Source: an uncultured virus (IMG/VR IMGVR_UViG_3300017774_007075) (Duplodnaviria; Heunggongvirae; Uroviricota; Caudoviricetes). From it: DNA of 64,000 bases. Below are positions 10,049 to 19,629 of the stretch, piece after piece. A program made the translations under genes and the position numbers. Position 1 is the stretch's first letter. Each line of letters opens with the position of its first letter. The notes beneath the pieces are model-generated. The model worked only from the letters and a program-made list of their open reading frames with translations, was not told where the DNA came from and did not search any database. The stretch covers positions 1 to 64,000 of IMG/VR virus record IMGVR_UViG_3300017774_007075. One strand, given 5' to 3'.

Positions 10049-12472
10049 ATGAGTAATAAAAAATCTTTATTGCAAGACAGTTTGCAAGAACTTGAAAATA
10101 TCAAAAACGAATCTTTGGAATTAGCCAAAGAACAGTTGATTAATGAAAGTGCTGACTTGCTAGAAAAAAAATCTGCTGCACTATTTGAAAAATTAATTTC
10201 TGAAGAAGTTGGTGAGTTTGGTGATATATCTGATGATTATGATGAAGATGAATCTGATGATTATGATGAAGAATCTGATGATTATGATAAAGAATCTGAT
10301 GAAGAACCATTTAATATTGATGAACCTGAAGAACCAGAAATGTCTTTAGATGAAATGTTAGAAAAATTAACAGAACCAAAAGAAAAAACTCTTGATGAAA
10401 TCTTAGCCGAAATTAAAAATTCTGAAGGTATGTATGATGATGAAGAATCTGAAGATGATTCTTCTGAGGAAGAATATGATGATGAATCTGAGGATGATGA
10501 AGAAGAATCTATGGATGATGAAGAAGAATCTATGGATGATGAAGAAATGTCTTTAGAAGATTTAAAAGATGCTGCTGAAAGAATGGGTCTTAAATTAGTA
10601 AAAGATACTGAAGATGATGAAGAAGAACTAGAAGATAGTGAAGATACTGATATTGAATTCGATGATGAAGAATCTGATGAAGAATCCGATGAAGATGAAT
10701 TCATGGATGTTGAAGTTGATGATAAAGTATTAGCAGAAAATAACAATAGATTTAAAAATACAAAAGTAATGAAAAATAATAGAAAAGAGGCTCTTAAAGA
10801 TTTAAGAGATGTTAGTTTTAATAGACTTGTTGAGGCATATTACAATATGAATGAAAGTGATGCCTTTATTGTCAAAGAAGAAAAATACATGGATGAAATG
10901 AATTACATGCATGAAATGGATTACATGGACGAGCCAGAAGAAGATGATAATGAAATGGATTACATGGACGAGCCAGAAGATGAGGATAAAATGATGGATG
11001 AAATGAATTACATGGATGAAATGTATGGCATGGATGAAATGAATTACATGGATGAAATGGATTACATGGATGAAGAAGATACTCTTTATGAAGTTAATTT
11101 CCCTAAAAGTGAACCATCATCTTTAACTGATGACGAACTTAATGAAATGCTTGCTGACATGGATATGGAAGAAGGAATGGATATGGAAAGAGGAATGGAT
11201 ATGGAAGAAGGAATGGATATGGAAAGAGGAATGGATATGGAAGAAGGAATGGGTATGGAAAGAGGAATGGGTATGGAAAGAGGAATGGATATGAGAGGTA
11301 AAATGGGTATGGAAAGAAATAAAGGAAATCGTAATGATGATTTTATGGAAAAAGATATGTTTGAAGACCTTACTATGGAAGAACTTGAAGAAATTAAAGA
11401 AATGCTTGATGGAGATGATATGTCATCTGAAGGTTCTCATCAAGGTAAAATGCATAGCCCAAAAGATGATTTTTCGAGTGAAGAAGATATTGAAAGAATG
11501 ATTTCTGAAATGGAAGCAGATGAAATGGAAGAATCAAGTTTAAGAAATCAAGCTACCAAGAAAAACCGTGGTAATCGAGGTGCTATGCCCCCTAGTGGTA
11601 GACCTCATCGTCAATCAGGAATTCTTGAAGAAGAAATGATGGATGGAGATGAAGAACAACTTGATGAATTTTTTAGTGGCTTAAAAGGTGCTTTTGGACA
11701 AGCTGCTGCTGGTATTAGTAAACTTGGTTCAACAGCTAAACAAGCTGTTGGTAAATATGCTGCCGAAATTGGACAAGCATATAATAGTGCTGAAGTTAGT
11801 AATGAAGTTAAAAAACTTGAAACTCTTGCAATGAATTTGGGTAAACAAGTTGGTGCTTTAAATTCCAGACTTCAAAAAGCAGGAAAACAACCATTACCTG
11901 CTGCTAGTTTGCTTATGACACTTACTAATCAAATTAGAAGTGGTGGTAATATTTCACTTGCAAGTAAAAATATTGGGCAAACACAAGCACAACCACAAGG
12001 TCAAGCACAAGGTCAAGCACAAGTACAAGAAGAAATTGAAGAATTACAAGAACAACTTAAAAAACTTAAACAAGAAAAAACAAATCTTCAAGAAGGGTTT
12101 GTAAATAAAGTTAAATCATTAGAGAATAAAGTCTATGATGTAACAATTAGTGCATTGAAAGCAGGATTTGTAAACAAGTTTTTACTTGAGCATCCTTTAA
12201 GAGAAAACGAAAAATTAGAAATTATTCATCGTTTCTCAAACGCACAAACTAAAGAACAAATTAAAGAAACTTATATTTCATTAACAAATGAGTTTGCAAA
12301 AGGGCAAACAGTTAAAGATGGTTCAATGTTGAATGAATCAGTACAAAATAAAGTTGGTAAAGTTCATAGAACTGACAATGCAGTTGTTAGAGAAAAGAAC
12401 TTAATGAACGAAAATGATGAATCCAATAGGTTTAAACAATTACTTAACTATAATTTTAATAAGAAAAAATAA
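10049..12472 (+). CDS. Prohead core scaffolding protein (gp22-like), greatly expanded, acidic and Met-rich
   Basis: Lies between protease and capsid genes; coiled-coil termini; extreme D/E content. Confidence 0.8.
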   Translation: MSNKKSLLQDSLQELENIKNESLELAKEQLINESADLLEKKSAALFEKLISEEVGEFGDISDDYDEDESDDYDEESDDYDKESDEEPFNIDEPEEPEMSLDEMLEKLTEPKEKTLDEILAEIKNSEGMYDDEESEDDSSEEEYDDESEDDEEESMDDEEESMDDEEMSLEDLKDAAERMGLKLVKDTEDDEEELEDSEDTDIEFDDEESDEESDEDEFMDVEVDDKVLAENNNRFKNTKVMKNNRKEALKDLRDVSFNRLVEAYYNMNESDAFIVKEEKYMDEMNYMHEMDYMDEPEEDDNEMDYMDEPEDEDKMMDEMNYMDEMYGMDEMNYMDEMDYMDEEDTLYEVNFPKSEPSSLTDDELNEMLADMDMEEGMDMERGMDMEEGMDMERGMDMEEGMGMERGMGMERGMDMRGKMGMERNKGNRNDDFMEKDMFEDLTMEELEEIKEMLDGDDMSSEGSHQGKMHSPKDDFSSEEDIERMISEMEADEMEESSLRNQATKKNRGNRGAMPPSGRPHRQSGILEEEMMDGDEEQLDEFFSGLKGAFGQAAAGISKLGSTAKQAVGKYAAEIGQAYNSAEVSNEVKKLETLAMNLGKQVGALNSRLQKAGKQPLPAASLLMTLTNQIRSGGNISLASKNIGQTQAQPQGQAQGQAQVQEEIEELQEQLKKLKQEKTNLQEGFVNKVKSLENKVYDVTISALKAGFVNKFLLEHPLRENEKLEIIHRFSNAQTKEQIKETYISLTNEFAKGQTVKDGSMLNESVQNKVGKVHRTDNAVVREKNLMNENDESNRFKQLLNYNFNKKK
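10885..11295 (+). repeat. Met-rich in-frame tandem repeats (MDEMNY/MDEMDY units; 18-bp MDMEEG/MDMERG units)
   Basis: atggatatggaagaagga/atggatatggaaagagga about 7 times at 11159-11290; atggatgaaatgaattac-type units at 10888-11070. Confidence 0.85.
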
Positions 12473-12489
12473 AAAACAGAATTTTTCTT

Positions 12490-12499
12490 ACTATTTAAA
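12490..12499 (+). promoter_or_regulatory. Putative late promoter ACTATTTAAA
   Basis: 16 nt before the capsid ATG. Confidence 0.7.
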
Positions 12500-12515
12500 T
12501 TAAACAAAAAAAATT

Positions 12516-14291
12516 ATGTACGGAATTACCGAAATTTTAAATTCAGGAAAAGTTGGACAGGAGTACAAGCAACTTCGTGAACAACGTGAATTGATTACCG
12601 AAAAATGGAATCAATTCGGATTGCTAGATGGCCTTGAGGGGTCTATGGCAGAAAACATCGCTCAGTTATATGAGAACCAAGCGTCTTACCTAATCAATGA
12701 ATCAACTGATGCTACATCTTCAGGTTCATTTGAGACAGTTGCGTTTCCAATCATCAGACGAGTTTTCCAAAAATTGCTTGCAAATGAAATCGTATCAGTT
12801 CAGGCTATGAATATGCCAATTGGTCGTTTGTATTTCATTAACCCTAAAATCTCTGTTAGAACTAACAATAACACCCAACATAGTGCATTTGATGGTGTTT
12901 ATTCTAATGCTGCTGCTAACTATAATTCAACTTTCCCTTATGCAAAATCAGCAGGTACTACTTACCAAACCACTTCATTGTATGATTCATTCTACAATAA
13001 TGGTAGTGATTTTGATGATATTGGTGGTCTTTTTGACAGAACTAAAGGTAGAGTTAATCCTAGGTCTATTGCTGCTGCTACAATCGTTTCAGGTACTCCA
13101 GGTGGTGCAAATGGTTCACCAAGAGTTTTAGTTAAATTCTCAGGATTTACTATTACCAATGAAGGTAAGTTATCAGGCCCAATTGGTAGCCCTGTTGATA
13201 CTGAATCATTCTTAATGAGTTTAAAAATTACAGCAACTTCTGCTTTAACTTCTCAGGCTGATGGTTCAACTATCATTGCAGCAGGTGACCCAATTCCTTT
13301 TAGACTTCCAATGCAAGCTTATGCAAAAGAAATCGTTGCTAAAGGAACTGATTATATTATTGTTGAGTTAATTCTTAACTCACCTATAAGTGGTGGAACA
13401 GTTTATGGTTCAAATACTTATGGTACAGGTACTTTTACAGGTTTAAAATCTGCGGCTGCATTTACTGCTGCTAACCTTACTGCTACTTGGAAAGAATACT
13501 CTTCTATGGAAGAAGATGCTGAAATTCCTCAAGTAACCTTTACTTTTGATTTCATTGACGTTTCTGTTGAAAAGAGAATGTTGGGTGCTACTTTCACTCC
13601 TGAACTTCAGCAAGACGTTAACGCTTTCCACTCAATTGATGTTGAGGCTGAATTAACTGCTCTTCTTTCTGAGGTTGTTTCGGGTGAAATTGATAGAGAA
13701 ATTCTAAGAGACCTTCGTAAATCTGCTTCACATGTTGAAGTTTTTGATTACGCAGCATTTGATAGAAGATTTAATAATGTTGGTGCAGGTTTTGCAATTA
13801 CTCGTAAAGATTACAACCAAGAGTTGATTACTAAGATTAATCAAATTTCTGCTCGTATCATGAAATTTACTCTTCGTGGTGGTGCAAATTGGGTTGTATG
13901 TTCTCCTGAAATTGCTGCTGTTCTTAATGACCTTGAGTACTTCCATGCTACTGATGCTTCTGCTGAAGAAACTAAGTTCTCTTTAGGTATTGAAAAAGTT
14001 GGTTCAGTTGCTAACAGATACACAGTATATGTTGATGCTTATGCTCCTGCTGGTGTTGTTCTTGTAGGACACAAAGGAGATTCAATCTTCCACGCAGGTT
14101 ACATCTACGCTCCATATGTACCGTTGATGCTTATGCCTAAAACCATTAACCCTGCTGACTTCAAACCTGTAATGGGCATCATGACTCGTTATGCGAAGAA
14201 AGTTGTTAACAACAGGTTCTATGGTAAAGTATTGGTACAAGGTTTACCAAGTGCTTCTCCTTCTGAATTCATGTTAGATACAATTAACTAA
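12516..14291 (+). CDS. Major capsid protein (T4 gp23-like)
   Basis: FPIIRRVF, VSVQAMNMPIG, ELQQDVNAFHSIDVEAEL, EIDREIL, AGYIYAPYVPL, GIMTRYA. Confidence 0.97.
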   Translation: MYGITEILNSGKVGQEYKQLREQRELITEKWNQFGLLDGLEGSMAENIAQLYENQASYLINESTDATSSGSFETVAFPIIRRVFQKLLANEIVSVQAMNMPIGRLYFINPKISVRTNNNTQHSAFDGVYSNAAANYNSTFPYAKSAGTTYQTTSLYDSFYNNGSDFDDIGGLFDRTKGRVNPRSIAAATIVSGTPGGANGSPRVLVKFSGFTITNEGKLSGPIGSPVDTESFLMSLKITATSALTSQADGSTIIAAGDPIPFRLPMQAYAKEIVAKGTDYIIVELILNSPISGGTVYGSNTYGTGTFTGLKSAAAFTAANLTATWKEYSSMEEDAEIPQVTFTFDFIDVSVEKRMLGATFTPELQQDVNAFHSIDVEAELTALLSEVVSGEIDREILRDLRKSASHVEVFDYAAFDRRFNNVGAGFAITRKDYNQELITKINQISARIMKFTLRGGANWVVCSPEIAAVLNDLEYFHATDASAEETKFSLGIEKVGSVANRYTVYVDAYAPAGVVLVGHKGDSIFHAGYIYAPYVPLMLMPKTINPADFKPVMGIMTRYAKKVVNNRFYGKVLVQGLPSASPSEFMLDTIN

Positions 14292-14312
14292 TCTAATTTA
14301 GAATAAAAAATT

Positions 14313-14343
14313 AAGAGGGTGGATTTATTCCACCCTTTTTTTT
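14313..14343 (+). terminator. Rho-independent terminator after the capsid gene
   Basis: agggtgga-tttat-tccaccct stem-loop followed by a T-run. Confidence 0.85.
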
Positions 14344-14345
14344 AT

Positions 14346-14355
14346 ACTATTTACA
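14346..14355 (+). promoter_or_regulatory. Putative late promoter ACTATTTACA
   Basis: Directly after the terminator, 7 nt before ATG 14363. Confidence 0.6.
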
Positions 14356-14362
14356 ATAAAAA

Positions 14363-14761
14363 ATGATTAAGATAACATACTCAAAAAAACTTGATGATTT
14401 AAATCCTGCTAAATTTAAGCATATATCGACATTTTTAAAATTTTGTAGAGATGAGTTAGATATAACAAATGACATACAAGTTTTTTTAATGAGGAAAGAA
14501 AATCATTTAAATATAACAACAGGAGGTTATAATCCAACGGATAAATGTGTTTATATTATTTTTCAAAAAAGACAAATTGCTGATGTATTAAGAACAATTG
14601 CACATGAACTTGTTCACCAAAAACAAGATTTGCAAGAAAAAATTGTTGGTGATATACCTGACATTGGAGGTGTAATAGAGGATACTGCTAATGCTCTTGC
14701 AGGTAGATTAGTTAAGATGTATGTAAAGAAATTTGAGGCTAGAGAAATTTACTCTCTATAG
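14363..14761 (+). CDS. HExxH zinc-metallopeptidase-like protein
   Basis: LRTIAHELVHQKQ with downstream IEDTANALAG. Confidence 0.7.
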   Translation: MIKITYSKKLDDLNPAKFKHISTFLKFCRDELDITNDIQVFLMRKENHLNITTGGYNPTDKCVYIIFQKRQIADVLRTIAHELVHQKQDLQEKIVGDIPDIGGVIEDTANALAGRLVKMYVKKFEAREIYSL

Positions 14762-15042
14762 ATTATAAATGCACTTATTCCTTGTGACAAAAATATATAA
14801 TACCAAGGTATAGAAAGATAAAGTGAAAATATTAAAAATATAAAAAAACAAACCCATACTGAAAAACATTTAATGCATGTTCCAAGAGGTTTTGCTAATT
14901 TTTTTGATATTGGTTCTACATATTTTAATAATAAAATATAATACCAATCTAATATATTTCCTTCATTAAAGGAAAAGTCAGCCACTTTGGTTATCTGAGC
15001 AGAGCAGAAACCAATTACAATTGATAAAAACAAATTTTCCAT
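14749..15042 (-). CDS. Small membrane protein with CxxC (DUF1360-like)
   Basis: Hydrophobic segments; LGTCIKCFSVW motif. Confidence 0.55.
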   Translation of the reverse strand: MENLFLSIVIGFCSAQITKVADFSFNEGNILDWYYILLLKYVEPISKKLAKPLGTCIKCFSVWVCFFIFLIFSLYLSIPWYYIFLSQGISAFIIYRE

Positions 15043-15113
15043 TATCTTCTAGGTCTTTTGATAATTACTGATGGTTTTTTAGTGCCACCACATCCACAAC
15101 TTTTATTTTCCAT
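15042..15113 (-). CDS. 23-aa basic micro-protein MENKSCGCGGTKKPSVIIKRPRR (not in ORF track)
   Basis: Fills the intergenic gap; starts 1 nt after the upstream stop; TAATG overlap with the next ATG. Confidence 0.7.
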   Translation of the reverse strand: MENKSCGCGGTKKPSVIIKRPRR

Positions 15114-15114
15114 A

Positions 15115-15609
15115 TTAAATCATATTTTTTAAGTTATCAGGCAATCTATAATCTTTTACATATGTTGCTGTAACATCATTATAGAATGCTTTATAGTTAT
15201 ACATTTGATTAGCTGTTTTTAAATTAGTTACTGTATTAATTTCATAAAATCTTTTAGTATTATTATCATCATATGAAAAATAATCACCTCTTTTAACATC
15301 AATACCTAATTTTTCCAATTCATCAATATAAATACCTAATTTAAGTGTTTCAACATTTTCATTAACTAACATACTACCGCCAATTTTTGTTTTTTCTCTA
15401 GGTGGTATTGAAATATAAACATTTAGTTTGTAAGGGCCAAGAAATTCTTTTTCATTTGGCATGCTTTCACCATATATATCTTTTTTTGATTCAACTATAT
15501 TAATTGAATAGAGATATATTGAAATACCCATATCATCTGCAATATATTCCTTAGACATTCTAATGTCAGCTTCAAAATCTTTTTGATTATAAAATGAAGT
15601 TCTATTCAT
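15115..15609 (-). CDS. Putative neck/head-closure protein (gp14-like)
   Basis: DIYGES and VKRGDYF...FYEI pattern; follows the gp13-like gene. Confidence 0.6.
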   Translation of the reverse strand: MNRTSFYNQKDFEADIRMSKEYIADDMGISIYLYSINIVESKKDIYGESMPNEKEFLGPYKLNVYISIPPREKTKIGGSMLVNENVETLKLGIYIDELEKLGIDVKRGDYFSYDDNNTKRFYEINTVTNLKTANQMYNYKAFYNDVTATYVKDYRLPDNLKNMI

Positions 15610-15612
15610 GGT

Positions 15613-16737
15613 TTATTTCCAAATTATACCTGTTTGAGGTGGAGTATATTGTAATACTTTATTTAAGTTTTCACCAATAATTGCTTTCTTTTCCATTATT
15701 TTAGCATATGTAAATTCTGATAATTGGTCAATAAGTTCTTTAAATATTAAATCTTTTTCCTTTTCATAATCATCGGCAAAGTACTTGTAATCAATCTCCA
15801 AAGTATCATCCCTTGTTGGTAGTTTAACTTTACCTGATGATTTTGCCCAAATGGTTGCAAGATATTTTTTAATATATGCTACTGCTAATCTTCTAACTTT
15901 ATTTTTAGAAGGTGCATTTAAATTATCCCATTTTTTAATTCTAATAGGAACATCAGATGGTAATTTAACAACATCTTCATTCTCTTCTAAACATAAATCT
16001 CTTTGGTTATTATCTAATGTATCATAATAAAAGTACCATACTTTAGCACCATCTTGTGTTTTACCAAATTTACCTACAATTTCATCTCTACTACCAGGAA
16101 TTGGATATAGATATAAATTTTTTGTTTTATTTGGACCAGGAGTTATTCGATATGTTAATTCACTTTGAATAATCTTTTTCTTTTGTAATCTATCCATAGT
16201 GGATAGGATTAGTGAAAATGATGGTAACATAGTTTGTGCAGGTGTATTACCATAATACCAACCCGAAGGTGCGCCAAACCAACCACCACCTATACCAATT
16301 GGGTCAAGAATATTAGTTGCAATTTGAGATGGTGTATACCAAAGAACTTCATTAATTTCTCTTCCTGAAGGGATTGAATATACTTGAGTATTAGCTGAAA
16401 TAGTTACAAAATCACTTTTAAGTTCCCAATCACCTAATGTAGAGATACCTGTTTGTTTTCCATATGCAATGGCAAATGATTTTTCAAAATCTAATGATTT
16501 TGTTGTGAATGCTTCTACAAAGTTAGCTGAACCAATATCTAATCCTTCCAATGAAGACCATTGTTGTTCTATTAACCAATTATCCAAATAAGAGATATAG
16601 TCTTCTAAAGCCATTTCAACATGAGTATCAATAATATCTTCTGTAACCCAATCTCCGTAATCACGGACAGGTTCACCTATTGATACTCTAATTTGCCTAT
16701 AAAGTTTTTGTTGCTCTTGTGAATCTTTAAAAATCAT
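15613..16737 (-). CDS. Putative neck protein (gp13-like head-tail adaptor)
   Basis: IRVSIGEP N-terminus, LYLYPIP, C-terminal pattern typical of T4-like neck proteins. Confidence 0.65.
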   Translation of the reverse strand: MIFKDSQEQQKLYRQIRVSIGEPVRDYGDWVTEDIIDTHVEMALEDYISYLDNWLIEQQWSSLEGLDIGSANFVEAFTTKSLDFEKSFAIAYGKQTGISTLGDWELKSDFVTISANTQVYSIPSGREINEVLWYTPSQIATNILDPIGIGGGWFGAPSGWYYGNTPAQTMLPSFSLILSTMDRLQKKKIIQSELTYRITPGPNKTKNLYLYPIPGSRDEIVGKFGKTQDGAKVWYFYYDTLDNNQRDLCLEENEDVVKLPSDVPIRIKKWDNLNAPSKNKVRRLAVAYIKKYLATIWAKSSGKVKLPTRDDTLEIDYKYFADDYEKEKDLIFKELIDQLSEFTYAKIMEKKAIIGENLNKVLQYTPPQTGIIWK

Positions 16738-16743
16738 TATGAC

Positions 16744-17214
16744 TTATTTATTATAAATAGTCATGATATCATCTATGTTTTTTAATTCATTCACTTCTTC
16801 AATCTTTTCTACAATCTCATTTTTAGGTTTTTTAGATGTAGTTGTTACACCACGAAGAGAATTAATCTTTTTACTGATTGTTTCTTCAAGTTGTCTTTTT
16901 TCTTGTTCAACTTTTTGATTTAATTCATTAATCATTTTTTCTTTTTCCAAGAATGTATTTTTGATTTGAACCAAAATGTTAAAAAGTTCATCGGTGTGTT
17001 CAACATTTTTTAAAAGAAATTGATAGATATTATATTTTCTACCATTATCTTCAAATGTCTTTTTGGGGTTTTCCAATATGTAAACCTCATTTTCATCATA
17101 AAATGGTGTTATATCCCAATCAGATGGGAATGATACATATAAATCGACAAAATCATCAAAGTTGATTTGTACGATGTATTCTCTTAATTCTTCAATTATT
17201 TTTTTAAATTTCAT
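16744..17214 (-). CDS. Hypothetical protein
   Basis: 156-aa ORF with a coiled-coil C-terminal half; overlaps the upstream stop (ATGA). Confidence 0.6.
   Translation of the reverse strand: MKFKKIIEELREYIVQINFDDFVDLYVSFPSDWDITPFYDENEVYILENPKKTFEDNGRKYNIYQFLLKNVEHTDELFNILVQIKNTFLEKEKMINELNQKVEQEKRQLEETISKKINSLRGVTTTSKKPKNEIVEKIEEVNELKNIDDIMTIYNK
16752..16761 (-). promoter_or_regulatory. Putative late promoter ACTATTTATA
   Basis: Exact consensus inside the 3' end of the upstream gene, 14 nt before ATG 16737. Confidence 0.65.
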
Positions 17215-17414
17215 AGTATGATAAATGTTAATAAATAAGTTATTGCTAAATAAAAATATTGTTTTTCTTTTTCAGTTAGTGATTCAGATAATTTTTCAAT
17301 TTTTATTATACATCTTATAAAGATATATAAGACATAAATACTGAATATTAAAGAACCGCAGAATAAAAATATTGGTAAAAAATTACCTAAAAAAAATGTT
17401 ATTAATTCTGTCAT
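17211..17414 (-). CDS. Small two-TM membrane protein
   Basis: Two hydrophobic segments; coupled to both neighbours. Confidence 0.6.
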   Translation of the reverse strand: MTELITFFLGNFLPIFLFCGSLIFSIYVLYIFIRCIIKIEKLSESLTEKEKQYFYLAITYLLTFIIL

Positions 17415-18181
17415 TATATTATTATACCTCTTGAGGTTATTATTTTCTTATTACTTTTTATTGTTCTTAATTTACTAATTCTATTAGTATTTATTAATTT
17501 TTGTTCTTTTGTGAGTTCAATTACTTCAGTTATTTTATATATATTAGAATTAATAGCAACCACATCACCGTTTAATATATCAAAAGTTTTTTTAACTTTA
17601 TTAATTTTTATTTTAAAATAATCTTTTAATGCATCTTGTTCTGTTTTAGAACATTCAAAAAATCTAAAGTCTCCTGTCAAAGCATTAAAAAAAGATATTT
17701 TCAAATAAAACGTATCAGCAGTTGTTGGTATAAAATACGATGGAATATAAATATTCGTGTGTTCTTTAACGATTTTTTTGAAATAAAAATTTATGTCAGT
17801 TGTTGTAGCAGTATAAATTTTTGTTAATTTAACAAAATTTCTTGAAAGTAATAATTGATTTGTATTTGAGTAATTATCAAATAAATCAAATATATAAAAA
17901 CTTTCATCTGTATAATTATTTCTTCCTGTTGTTCCTGTAAAACCTGCTGCTTCATAAGTTGCAGTATTATTGAAATATGGTCTTATTACAAAATCTTTAC
18001 TTGGTTTGAAAGATATGTTTTCTTGGTCTTGATTTGTTGCTAAAGATTCTTGAATAACTTTTTCAATTTCTGAATTAATATATTTATAAATTGATTCACT
18101 TTTTGGGCCAAAATCATGCTGTTGATTTATGTCAATATTCAAAGTGTAACTACTTAAATCCTGTGTTGTAATACTTAACAT
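17414..18181 (-). CDS. Hypothetical (probable structural) protein
   Basis: 255-aa ORF in a coupled minus-strand operon. Confidence 0.55.
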   Translation of the reverse strand: MLSITTQDLSSYTLNIDINQQHDFGPKSESIYKYINSEIEKVIQESLATNQDQENISFKPSKDFVIRPYFNNTATYEAAGFTGTTGRNNYTDESFYIFDLFDNYSNTNQLLLSRNFVKLTKIYTATTTDINFYFKKIVKEHTNIYIPSYFIPTTADTFYLKISFFNALTGDFRFFECSKTEQDALKDYFKIKINKVKKTFDILNGDVVAINSNIYKITEVIELTKEQKLINTNRISKLRTIKSNKKIITSRGIII

Positions 18182-19629
18182 ATAGTTTTTCTTTTAGGGG
18201 CAATTTTTATATTTGCTCTATTCAATTTAAAGTTTCTAACCTCAAAATTAGTTGCAAAATCATTAAGCAATGAAACAGTATTTTTATCTGATAAATTTGG
18301 TTTTAAATAAAGATTAATATCATTAAAATAATAATGTTTATTATTAATAAATGGTAAATCATAATTATTTGGGTCTCCATAAACCATTAAATCTCTCCAA
18401 ACATATCTATTATTATCATAAATAGCATTTTCAGGTGGTGTTACAAAAGATAAAGTATTATCAAATGTTACATCATTTGTATTAAGGTATTTTTTTAATT
18501 CTATCTTATGAAATGGATTATATACAAAAGAAAAATCTACCTTTATTGTATTATTTACAACAGTATATGTAAATGAAGAATAATAAAGATTTTGATAATC
18601 TTGAAAACTTAAATCAGATGGTGTATTTTGTACATATGTATCTTCCAATGTTAATTGTAATATATATTCTTTTTTAACTGATTCATTAAATAAATAATTT
18701 GTTTTATCAAATTCAATCGTATTACCACTTAAAGTAGGTTTTGTTGTATCTAATAAAACTTTTTGATTATAATCACCATTACCCATATTAAGATAATTTC
18801 TTATAAATCTTAAATTTTTATTAATATTATCACTTGTTATTTTTATATTATAATAACTTAAACAACTAATTAATTTATCATAAAAATATTTTCTAAATTC
18901 TGCTGCATTATAATTTGTACCATTTATAATAGTATTAGCGATATTCAATGTCATACCTGTTATTGAAAATCCGAATATTGTATTAGGATGTAATTCATTT
19001 AAATAATAATCGGTTGATAATACTTTTTCATAAGCTTCATAGGTTGTCATATTTTTGGGAATAAATCCTAAATAGACATTATTATCATAAATAAAATCAT
19101 TACCTAATCTAACTAATTTATTTGGGTCAACATTTATATTATCAAATTTAAAATTATAAAGTTTTTCATTGTAAATATTTCTTGAAAAACCAAAATAACT
19201 TAATTTAAAACTATTATCATCTGTTATTGCTGTTAATAATTCTGTATAAAAATAACTTGTTGCACTAATTGATGTGTTTGGATTTGTTGTTGCTGTTTTT
19301 GATATTTGAATATCAGTTAGTCTAAATAATTTTATATCAAAATAATCTTCAAAATTAAAACCTGTTGTTAGATAATCATCATTAAACATATCAACAATTT
19401 CAGTTGGCATTGTTTTTTTATTTCTCAAAAAAGAAACATAATTTATATTACCATAAATCCTATAATTTTTTGAATCGTTTCTTTCTTTTGTAAATAAATC
19501 AGCTAAAGAAATAACTCTCGTATTATTAAATTCATTTACATCACTTAAATTTTGTTTTAATGATATATTTAAATTTAAATCCTCATCTTGAGCAAGTAAA
19601 TATCTTTTATTAGGTTTTATGTGTTCCAT
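18175..19629 (-). CDS. Hypothetical (probable structural) protein
   Basis: 484 aa, N/T/Y-rich; YVWRDL...PFINNKHY C-terminus. Confidence 0.55.
   Translation of the reverse strand: MEHIKPNKRYLLAQDEDLNLNISLKQNLSDVNEFNNTRVISLADLFTKERNDSKNYRIYGNINYVSFLRNKKTMPTEIVDMFNDDYLTTGFNFEDYFDIKLFRLTDIQISKTATTNPNTSISATSYFYTELLTAITDDNSFKLSYFGFSRNIYNEKLYNFKFDNINVDPNKLVRLGNDFIYDNNVYLGFIPKNMTTYEAYEKVLSTDYYLNELHPNTIFGFSITGMTLNIANTIINGTNYNAAEFRKYFYDKLISCLSYYNIKITSDNINKNLRFIRNYLNMGNGDYNQKVLLDTTKPTLSGNTIEFDKTNYLFNESVKKEYILQLTLEDTYVQNTPSDLSFQDYQNLYYSSFTYTVVNNTIKVDFSFVYNPFHKIELKKYLNTNDVTFDNTLSFVTPPENAIYDNNRYVWRDLMVYGDPNNYDLPFINNKHYYFNDINLYLKPNLSDKNTVSLLNDFATNFEVRNFKLNRANIKIAPKRKTIC

Noticed and set aside
8134..10746. 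Pro-rich (8134..8568) and Ser-rich (10282..10746) antisense ORFs
   Set aside because: Mirror images of the Gly-rich portal tail and the Asp/Glu-rich scaffold
3248..11295. Tandem repeats as a possible CRISPR array
   Set aside because: Units are multiples of 3, in frame within CDSs, with no unique spacers; no cas genes seen
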